Assembly: GCF_036971445.1 (NCBI RefSeq)
Contig: NW_027211972.1
Span: 248,001 to 312,000 of the forward strand
DNA from: Narcine bancroftii
Lineage: Eukaryota
Direction: 5' to 3'
Length of the DNA stretch: 64,000 nt
Shown here: piece after piece, positions 47,401 to 57,200 of the stretch
Layout of the letters: every line of letters begins with the position of its first letter
Numbering within the stretch: the first letter of the stretch is position 1
The notes under the pieces: model-generated
The model's input: the letters and a program-made list of their open reading frames with translations, nothing else
Database searches by the model: none
Told to the model about the DNA's origin: nothing
Made by a program: the position numbers and the translations under genes

Positions 47401-50400
47401 AAGTCTTTGGAAGTAGTTCTGTCCCGGCCCAGAGAGATGGGAGCGTCCATTAACATCATCCCAGACACCTCTCCCCATTTACCGTACCATCTGTCACCTC
47501 CCGCCCTGTCCCCTCACCCCACTCCCCATTCTGTACGTAACCTCCGGCACTGTCCAGACCCCTCTCCCAACTCCCCATCCTAACCGCTAACCGTAACCTC
47601 CTGCCCTGTCCTCAACCCCTCTCCCCATCCTGTCTGTAACCTCCGCTCTCCCCATCCTGTCTGTAATCTCCCGCACTGTCCACGAGCCCTCTCCCCACTC
47701 CCCGTCCTGTCTGTAACCCCCTTGCACTGTCCTCGACCCCTCTCCCCACTCCCCATCCTGTCCGTTACCTCCCTCACTGTCCCCATCCCCACTTCCTGTC
47801 TCGTCCATAACCACCCTCACTGTCCCCGAACCCTCTGCCCACTCCCGATCCTGTACGTAACCTCCAGCACTGTCGACGACCCCTCCACTCCCCGTCCTGT
47901 CTGTAACCCCCCCGCACTGTACCCGACCCTTAACTCCACTCCCCAACCTGTCCGTAACCTCCCACCCTGTCTCCGACCCCTCTCCCCGTTCCATCCGTCA
48001 CCTTCCGCACTGTCCCCGACCCCTCTCCCCACTCCCCGTTCCGTCCAAAACCTTCCGCCCTGTCCCCGACCCCTCTTCCCACTCCCCGTCCTGTCTGTAA
48101 CCCCCTCGCACTGTCCTCGACCCTCTCCCCACTCCCCATCCTGTCCGTAACCTCCCCTCTCCCCATCCTGTCCGTAACCTCCCCTCTCCCCATCCTGTCC
48201 GTAACCTCCCCTCTCCCCATCCTGTCCGTAACCTCCCCTCTCCCCATCCTGTCTGTAATCTCCCGCACTGTCCACGAGCCCTCTCCCCACTCCCCGTCCT
48301 GTCTGTAATACCCCCCCTGCACTATCCCCAACCCTTAACTGCACTCCCCGTCCTGTCTGTAACCTCCCGTCCTGTCCCCGACTCCTCTCCCCACTCCCCG
48401 TCCTGTCCGTTACCTCCATCACTGTCCCCATCCCCACTTCCTGTCTCGTCCATAACCTCCCTCACTGTCCCCGAACCCTCTTCCCACTCCCCGTCCTGTC
48501 TGTAACACCCTCGCACTGTCCTCGACCCCTCTCCCCACTCTGTCCGTAACCTCCCCTCTCCCCATCCTGTCCGTAACCTCCCCTCTCCCATCCTGTCTGT
48601 AATCTCCCACACTGTCCACGAATCCTCTCCTCACTCCCCGTCCTGTCTGTAACCCCCCCCCCGCACTATCCCCAACCCTTACTGCACTCCCCGTCCTGTC
48701 TGTAACCTCCCGTCCTGTCCCCGACTCCTCTCCCCACTCCCCGTCCTGTCCGTTACCTCCATCACTGTCCCCATCCCCACTTCCTGTCTCGTCCATAACC
48801 TCCCTCACTGTCCCCGAACTCTCTTCCCACTCCCCGTCCTGTCTGTAACACCCTCGCACTGTCCTCGACCCCTCTCCCCACTCTGTCCGTAACCTCCCCT
48901 CTCCCATCCTGTCTGTAATCTCCCGCACTGTCCACGAGCCTCTCCCCACTCCCCGTCCTGTCTGTAACCCCACCCCGCACTATCCCCAACCTTAACTGCA
49001 CTCCCCGTCCTGTCTGTAACCTCCCGTCCTGTCCCCGACTTCTCTCCCCACTCCCCGTCCTGTCCGTTACCTCCCTCACTGTCCCCATCCCCACTTCCTG
49101 TCTCGTCCATAACCTCCCTCACTGTCCCCGAACCCTCTGCCCACTCCCCATCTTGTACGTAACCTCCCGCACTGTCCCAGACCCATTTCCCAACTCCCCG
49201 TCCTGTTGGTAACCTTCCGCATTGTCCCCGACACCTCTCCCCACTCCCCGTCCTGTCTGTAACCTCCTGCATTGTCCACGACAGCTCTCCTCACTCCTCG
49301 TCCTAACTGTAACCTCCTGCCCCGTCCTCAACCCCTCTCCCCATCCTGTCTGTAACCTCCAGCATTGTCGACGACCCCTCTACTCCCCGTCCTGTCTGTA
49401 ACCCCCCGCACTGTACTCGACCCTTAACTCCACTCCCCGTTCCGTCCAAAACCTTCCGCCCTGTCCCCGACCCCTCTTCCCATTCCCCGTCCTGTCCGTA
49501 ACCTCCCGCACTCTCACCTGGTAGTAGTAATCGTCCAGGACTGGGTTGGCTGTCTGTAACTGCATCATCTGGATCTTGCTTACCCACTCCTTCTCCCTCT
49601 GGGACATCAGGTCACTGTAGGGGTCCTTCACTACCCGGGAGGTCTCGCCCATTGGCCACATTCGGCTGAAGTCGTTCTGAGTGTGGTGCAGACTGGACGG
49701 GGGATAGAGAGAGGGAGAAAGGGGAGCGGGAGAAAGGGGAGCGGGAGAAAGGGGAGCGGGAGAAAGGGGAGCGGGAGAAAGGGGAGCGGGAGAAAGGGGA
49801 GAGGGGGAGAGTGATGATCCCTACTTCCCCAGGGCCAGACCCCAACGATCCATCCAACCCCTCTCCCATGTTTGCCCAGACAGGGATCGGGAATCCCCCC
49901 GCCGTCTACCTCCCTCCCCCCCCACTCCCTCACTGGACGAAGTTCACTCACCTCCGAGCCCCCTGCTCCCTCTGGGTCAGGAGGTGTTTGTGCTGAGGAT
50001 GGAGGTTCGCTGTGTCCCCTCGAAGGCTGGGGTGTGAGGGCCTGTGGTGTGGACGGCGGACAGGGGTTTAGAGAGCAGCCCCAACAGGTCCTTCCCCCTG
50101 TACCTCACCCTTTTACCCCCTGAACCTGTGTCCTCTGGTTTGTCCCTCAGCACCTGACATCCGGGCAACATCCCAGTAAATCTTCAGGGGATAAAGTCCC
50201 GAACCTGTCGGACCTTTCCCTGTAACTCAGTCCCTGATGTCCGGGCAACATCCCAGTAAATCTTCAGGAAATAAAGCCCGAACCTGTTGAACATTTCCTT
50301 GTAACTCAGTCCCTGACATCTGGGCAACATCCAAATAAATCTTCAGGGATAAAGTCCTGAACCTGTTGAGCCTTTCCCTGTAACTCAGTGTCTGACATCC

Positions 50401-52404
50401 GGGCAACATCCCAGTAAATCTTCATGGATAAAGTCCCAAACATGTCGAACCTTTCTCTGTAACTCAGTCCCTGATGTCAGGACAATGTCCCATAAATCTT
50501 CAGGGGAATAAAGTCCCAAATCTGTTGGACCTTTCCCTGTAACTCATTACCTGACTTCCCAGTAAATCTTCAGTGTATAAAGCCCGAACCTGGTGAACAT
50601 TTCCTTGTAACTCAGTACCTGACCACTGGGCAACGTCCCAGTAAATCTTCTGGGGATAAAGTCCCGAACCTGGTGAATCTTTCCCTGAAACTCAGTCCCT
50701 GACGTCCGGGCAACATCCCAGTAAATCTTCTCTGCCTCTTTCTATCTCAGTGAGATCTTTCCTGTCGTTCGGTTACCAAAAATGCACACAATGTTCCAAA
50801 TCTGGCCTAGCCAATACCTTTACAAATTTCTTCGACGAGGCATATAAATGATGAGCCCATTGTCTACTTGTTTGATCTATGTGGATATAAAATTGACTTT
50901 TTGCTTTTAAAAGTTGCATTGCAATTGGATTCAATGAAAGGTCCCTGCCAGCCCTGTCCCGACCCCTTCAGTTCCAACCCAGAGCTGTCTCCCCTCCACC
51001 CCCACCCCCCCCCCCCCATCCTGGCCCCCTTCCCTGACCTACCACATGCTTGGGAGGAAGGACCGGAATCCTGCTGGGAGCGGCCGCTGGCATTGCCCCG
51101 CCGTGATCGCCCCACCCAACAGGCCCGAGACTCGGACCAGGGGGGGCTGGGGGAATGGCATCCAGCCTGTGGGGTGGGAGGGGAAGAGAGGGATGGAGGG
51201 AGAGAGTGAGGATCAATATCAGGACCTTGGTCACATCTTCAGGAGCAGTTAAGCTGATAATGTTGAAGCCCTCCACTCCACCCACCACCTCCCTCACTAC
51301 ACACCCTCCCCGGATATCTGACCCTAACCCCATTTGCTCACCTGTGCCCCTCCCAGTAAAAGTGGAGTCAGCATCTGAGGGAGACCTGCCTGTATCCCCT
51401 GAGGAGAGTGGAGCGAAGAATTCTAGAGGGGGGATGGGGAGAGGGAGATTTTATTAAATTTCACCCACCAACCCAGTCACTTTCCACCCCCCAATCCCAT
51501 CTCCTCCCTCCGACGCCCCCTCTCACCCCCTCTCCGTTGCCCCCCCTCCCCAGCCCCACCAGCATGTGGAGAGGTTGAATCGAGGATTTGCCATCGTTGA
51601 AGGACGGGCGAAGCCTTTGTGGAGCTGCCGGCTGGATCTGCACAGGGATGAGAGGGGGGGTAGAGGAGGGGTGGGGGGATGACAGAGACAGGGAGAGAGG
51701 GCGTTAGTGTATTGAAGGGGCAGAACAAAGTCCTTTGTCCCATCTCTCCTGCCCCCCTCTCTCCATTTCCCCATCCCTCTCACTCCCTCTCTTCTCTTCC
51801 CCTTTCCCTCCCTCACTTCCCCTCTCTCCCCCTCCCTCCCCAATTGAACTGATGTTACCTGCAGCAATGTGGTTGATTTCGGGGGGGTGCCAATGGGTGC
51901 AGTTCGTACCGGGGGGCTTCCGATCACCGGGGATGAGGACCTGGGGGGAGGGGCTCGATCAGACAGGTCCTTGCCCAGGTCCGAGGCTGGCACAGATCTC
52001 CCACTGGGGTCCAGGCATCCGGGGAACGTCGACCTGTCCTGGGGAGGGAGAGGGGTGTGGGGGGGGGGGGGGTCAGAGTAACACCTGTAGCTTTCGTGCG
52101 GTGCCCAACATCCCTTCCTGTCTCTGTAACCCCCTCTGGTCCTTGACACCCCTCCATGTCTCTGTAACCCACTCCGATCCCCACCACTCCTCCCTGTCTC
52201 TCTTACCCCTTCTGGTCCCCGACACCCCTCCCTGTCTCTGTAACCCCCTCCCCCCACCGGTCCCCGACACCCCTCCCTGTCTCTGTAACCCCCCCCCCCC
52301 CTGCTCCCCAACATCCAACTTACTCCGAGATGAGTCAGGACTGGGTTCCGCATTCCCTGGAACATCACCGGCCCGTCCCAGAGACTCGAGTTGGTCTGGC
52401 TGGG
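44476..52404 (-). CDS. PATL1: Protein PAT1 homolog 1 (mRNA decapping scaffold), partial: 5' exons missing, several frameshifts and one in-frame stop
   Basis: Exons 52404-52324 (NSSLWDG), 52038-51859 ([22 protein letters not shown]), 51637-51560, 51422-51342, 51166-~51043, 50041-49952 ([10 protein letters not shown]), 49692-49518 ([32 protein letters not shown]), 47418-47298, 46840-46745 (VQFEGSLG), 46549-46490, 46220-46069, 45916-45757 ([19 protein letters not shown]), 45411-45283, 45143-45061, 44806-44678 and 44512-44476. It lies directly upstream of OSBP on the same strand, as in mammals. Confidence 0.88.
47480..49510. repeat. Degenerate ~45-bp minisatellite (CTCTCCCCACTCCCCGTCCTGTCTGTAACCTCCCGCACTGTCC) with higher-order block duplications
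   Basis: Fills a PATL1 intron. An inverted copy lies at ~57865-58085. Confidence 0.9.
50155..50730. repeat. ~80-bp minisatellite family array
   Basis: About 7 units of TGTAACTCAGTCCCTGA..CCCAGTAAATCTTCAGGGGATAAAGTCC. Confidence 0.9.
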
Positions 52405-52759
52405 CTGAAGTGGGGTGGGGGGGAGACAGGAAGGGGGGAGGGGGTGTGAGAATCCAAGGATTTTGGACGGTTGCTGTCTCACTGCCCCCCTCTGCCCCCA
52501 TCATGATCTCTGAGGCTTCTGGATGGAGGGTGGGGGGTGGGGGGGTAGCAGGCGGCTGGGGAGGATGGGTATATGAGGAAGGTGAACAGGTGGACGGGGG
52601 AAACAGGCAGACGGGGAGAATGAGAATAGTAGGGGGGAACAGGCATGTGGGGGGAGCAGGTGGACAGGGAGGATGGGAATAGGAGGGGAAGAACATGCAG
52701 ACTCGGGAAATAGACGGACAAGGAGGATGGGAACAGGCAGTAAAGGAGGGTGGGGACGG

Positions 52760-53726
52760 GAGGATGGGGAACAGGCCGATGGGGGAGGGGGGAACAGGCC
52801 GATGGGGGAAGAGGCCGATGGGGGAAGAGGCCGATGGGGGAAGAGGCCGATGGGGAAGAGGCCGATGGGGAAGAGGCCGATGGGGGAAGAGGCCGATGGG
52901 GGAAGAGGCCGATGGGGGAAGAGGCCGATGGGGAAGAGGCCGATGGGGGAAGAGGCCGATGGGGGAAGAGGCCGATGGGGGAAGAGGCCGATGGGGGAAG
53001 AGGCCGATGGGGGAAGAGGCCGATGGGGGAAGAGGCCGATGGGGGAAGAGGCCGATGGGGGAAGAGGCCGATGGGGGAAGAGGCCGATGGGGGAAGAGGC
53101 CGATGGGGAAGAGGCCGATGGGGAAGAGGCCGATGGGGGAAGAGGCCGATGGGGAAGAGGCCGATGGGGGAAGAGGCCGATGGGGGAAGAGGCCGATGGG
53201 GGAAGAGGCCGATGGGGGAAGAGGCCGATGGGGGAAGAGGCCGATGGGGGAAGAGGCCGATGGGGGAAGAGGCCGATGGGGGAAGAGGCCGATGGGGGAA
53301 GAGGCCGATGGGGGAAGAGGCCGATGGGGGAAGAGGCCGATGGGGGAAGAGGCCGATGGGGGAAGAGGCCGATGGGGGAAGAGGCCGATGGGGGAAGAGG
53401 CCGATGGGGGAAGAGGCCGATGGGGGAAGAGGCCGATGGGGGAAGAGGCCGATGGGGGAAGAGGCCGATGGGGGAAGAGGCCGATGGGGAAGAGGCCGAT
53501 GGGGGAAGAGGCCGATGGGGGAAGAGGCCGATGGGGGAAGAGGCCGATGGGGAAGAGGCCGATGGGGAAGAGGCCGATGGGGAAGAGGCCGATGGGGGAA
53601 GAGGCCGATGGGGGAAGAGGCCGATGGGGGAAGAGGCCGATGGGGGAAGAGGCCGATGGGGAAGAGGCCGATGGGGAAGAGGCCGATGGGGGAAGAGGCC
53701 GATGGGGGAAGAGGCCGATGGGGGAA
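52760..53726. repeat. 16/15-bp tandem array (GAGGCCGATGGGGGAA) running into the assembly gap
   Basis: About 60 units, truncated by the N run. Confidence 0.97.
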
Positions 53727-53926
53727 NNNNNNNNNNNNNNNNNNNNNNNNNNNNNNNNNNNNNNNNNNNNNNNNNNNNNNNNNNNNNNNNNNNNNNNNNN
53801 NNNNNNNNNNNNNNNNNNNNNNNNNNNNNNNNNNNNNNNNNNNNNNNNNNNNNNNNNNNNNNNNNNNNNNNNNNNNNNNNNNNNNNNNNNNNNNNNNNNN
53901 NNNNNNNNNNNNNNNNNNNNNNNNNN
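53727..53926. other. 200-N scaffold gap separating PATL1 from FTSJ3
   Basis: Exactly 200 N. Both flanking genes are incomplete towards the gap. Confidence 1.
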
Positions 53927-54231
53927 TGACAGGAAGAGGGGAAGGAGAGAGTTGGGGAGCGGGGGAAGGAACAGAGAGGGGGACGAGAGCGGGAGAAAGG
54001 GGACGAGAGAGGGGGAGAGGTGGGGAGATAGGGGAGAGAGAGGTCGGAGAGGGAGAGAGAGGTGAAAGAGAGGGGTAGAGAGGGGGAAAGAGAGGGGTAG
54101 AGAGGTGGGGGTTGAGAGAGGGAGGAAGAGAGGGGAACAGAGGAAGAAGGGGGTGAGAGAGTGGGAGAGAGAAGGGGAGCGGGGAGAGACAGGTGGGGAT
54201 AGAGAGGGAGAAGGGGGAGAGGGAGACTCAC

Positions 54232-57200
54232 CTCCTGAGCTCGGCCAGTTCGCCGGCCTTCACCTCCGCCAGTTCTTCGTCCAGATGCCGTTCCTCCTGT
54301 TCTGTCACTGCCTTCTGCACCTCGACCCTCCTCCTCATCCTCGCTGGCCCTGTCGGGTGGTGGGGAGTTGAGGTCAACGTCTCGCACCTGCCCCTCCAGC
54401 ACCTGCTGTCGCTGCCTCTCCTCCCACCGCCCCCCTCCCTCCTCACTCCCCTCTTTCTCAGCCGTTAACTTGCCCCTGCTTGATGCATGCACATAATAGA
54501 GGGGGATATGTTCCCTTCCCATCCCTCTGCCCCCTTCCCTCCCTCCCTCCATCCACTCACCTCAGAGGAGGCTCAGCTCCGCCTGCACCACCGTGCAGCT
54601 CCCGTCCGAGGCTCATTCGCAGTCTCCGTCTCCATTTCAGTAGGACTCTGTGGATGGGAGGGGAGAGAGATTAAGGGGGATGGAGTGGGGGGGGGGGGGG
54701 TCACAGAGACAGGGAGGGGTGGTGGGGTCCAGAAGAGGTTACAGAGATGGGGAGGGCTGTCGGGGACCGGAGGGGGTTACAGAGATGTGGAGGGGTGTCG
54801 GGGACCAGAGGGGTTTATAGAGACAGGGAGGGATGTCAGGGACCGGAGGGGGTTACACAGACAGGGAGGGGTGTCGGGGACCAGAGAGGGTTACAGAGAC
54901 AGAAAGGGGGTGTCGGGAAAAGAGGGTGTTACAGAGATAGGGAGGGCTGTCGGGGACCGGAGGGGGCGTTACAGAGACAGGGAGGGGTGTCAGGGACCAG
55001 AGGCGGGGTTACAGAGATAGGGATGGGTTACAGAGACAGGAGGGTTGTCAGGGACCGGAAGGGGTATAGAGACAGGGAGGGGTGTTGGGGACCGGAGGGG
55101 GTTACAGAGACAGGGAAGGGTGTAGGGGGCCGGAAGGGATTATAGAGACAGGAAGGGTTGTCGGGGACTGGGGTGGGGTTACAGAGTCGGGAGGGGTGTT
55201 GTGGACCGGAGGGGGTGACAGAGACAGGGAAGGGTGTCGTGGACCGGAGGAGGTTATGGAGACAGGGAGTGGTGTCTGGGACTAGAGGGGGTGACATCGA
55301 CAGGAAGGGGTGTCGCGGAGGGTTACAGAGTCATGGAGGGGTATCGGGGACCAGAGGGGGGGTTATAGAGACAGGGAGGGGTGTCGGGGACCAGAGGGGG
55401 TGCTCCCTACCCCAGTTCCTTTCGCCCCAACACCTGCAGGTCTTTGCAGCATTCCCGGATTTCCTGCGTGGTCGCCGGATGGTTTTCCATCTGTGGGCAG
55501 TCGAACGTAATCTGGGTGGGACGTGGAGGGGAGAGTGTTTGACCGTGTGTGAGACATGATTCACAACCACTCCCTCCCTCCANNNNNNNNNNNNNNNNNN
55601 NNNNNNNNNNNNNNNNNNNNNNNNNNNNNNNNNNNNNNNNNNNNNNNNNNNNNNNNNNNNNNNNNNNNNNNNNNNNNNNNNNNNNNNNNNNNNNNNNNNN
55701 NNNNNNNNNNNNNNNNNNNNNNNNNNNNNNNNNNNNNNNNNNNNNNNCCACTTCCCCCTCACCTCGCTGGCTTTGTGCAGAGTATTGATGGGGTTGGGGC
55801 ACTTCAGGAAGTCCAGTAGGGAGATGCAGTGGAACAGAGTGTAGTCGCCATCTGTATATCCATCTGCCTGGAGAGGGGAGAAGATGGGTCAGTCTGTTTG
55901 TCCCTCACTCGCTCACATCCCCACACCCCTCCCGCCTCCCTCTATCTGTCATGCAACCCTCCCATTCCTCCCTCTCCCCCTCTCTCACCGCACCCCCCTC
56001 CCTGCCTCATACCTTGGGCTTCTTGCTGGAGACCAGGTCATGAACTGTCCTGACCTGAGTCTCCACTTGTTTGAAGACGTGTTTGGGATCAAAGAACTTG
56101 CGGTCGATTTTGTCAGGAGCATTGTACCCTGTGGTGGGAAGAGAGAGAGAGGGGGAGAGAGGTTGTAGAGAAGCGGGGAGGGAGAAGGGGAGACAGGGAA
56201 AGAGGAGAGGGCAGAGAGGGGGTTGAGAGGGGAGGGGGGGGAGAGAGGAGAGATTGGGAGAGAGAGAAAAGAGGAGAGAGGGGGTGAGGAGAGTGGGAGT
56301 GGGGGGAGAGGAATTAAGAACGTGAGACTTCTGGGCCTGAGCCATTGGCCGGATGTGGAGATGCGGAGAGTACCGTCGAGGGAGGGAGCAAGGAGGGACA
56401 GGAAGGAAGGAGGAGAGAAGGTTTGCCCCCTCTCCCTCTAGCTGTTGAGAGGGGTTAGAAAGGGAAGGGAGGGTGGGAGGAGAGCAGGAGGGTGAGAGAG
56501 GTAAGGGGGGGAGAGAGGGGGAGGGGGAGGAGAGAGGGAGAGAGGGGAGAGGAGAGTGGGGAGAGAGGGGGAGGAGAGTGGGAGAGAGGGGGAGGAGAGT
56601 GGGAGAGAGGGGGAGGAGAGTGGGAGAGAGGGGGAGGAGAGTGGGAGAGAGGAGGGAGAGAGTGAGAGGGGGAGGAGAGTGGGAGAGAGGGGGAGGAGAG
56701 TGGGGAGGAGAGGGGAGGAGAGTGGGAGGGGAGATGCGATCTGACAACTCACCCTGGCACACCAGGAAGATCTCTGCAGACTCTGTACGGGAGGCCTGGG
56801 GCTTAGTGGCCTGCACCTTGCAGAAGAGCTGGTTCAGGACCCACAGCAGGGGCTGGTAGTCCTGTGATCGGGAAAACCTTGGAGACGAACGTCCCGCCAC
56901 GGGCTAGGAACTCGGAGGCCAGGCGCAGAGCCATCAGGGTCAGGTGGGCTGGAGGGAGGTGGCGGGAGAGAGTATCAGTCTCAGATAGGTTTCTCGCGGG
57001 GGGGGGTGTGGAGGTCGGTGATGTGGGGGTTTGGTAAGGAAGGTCGGGCTTACACGGTGAACAGTCAGGCACTGAGGGGCATGGTGGGACAGAGGTCAGG
57101 CGTACACGCTGGACAGTCGGGTACTGAGGGTTGCGGTGAGACAGAGGTCGGGCATACATGGTGGACAGTCGGGCACTCGGGCGTGGAGGGACTGATGTTG

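Noticed and set aside
54440-54510. Possible C/D snoRNA in an FTSJ3 intron (CCCCTCT/AGAGGGG stem with CTGA)
   Set aside because: There is no acceptable C box (ATTATGT) and I could not confirm an rRNA-complementary guide. An Rfam scan would be needed.
52501-54552. 418-683 aa ORFs
   Set aside because: They are a 16-bp repeat read through an N gap.
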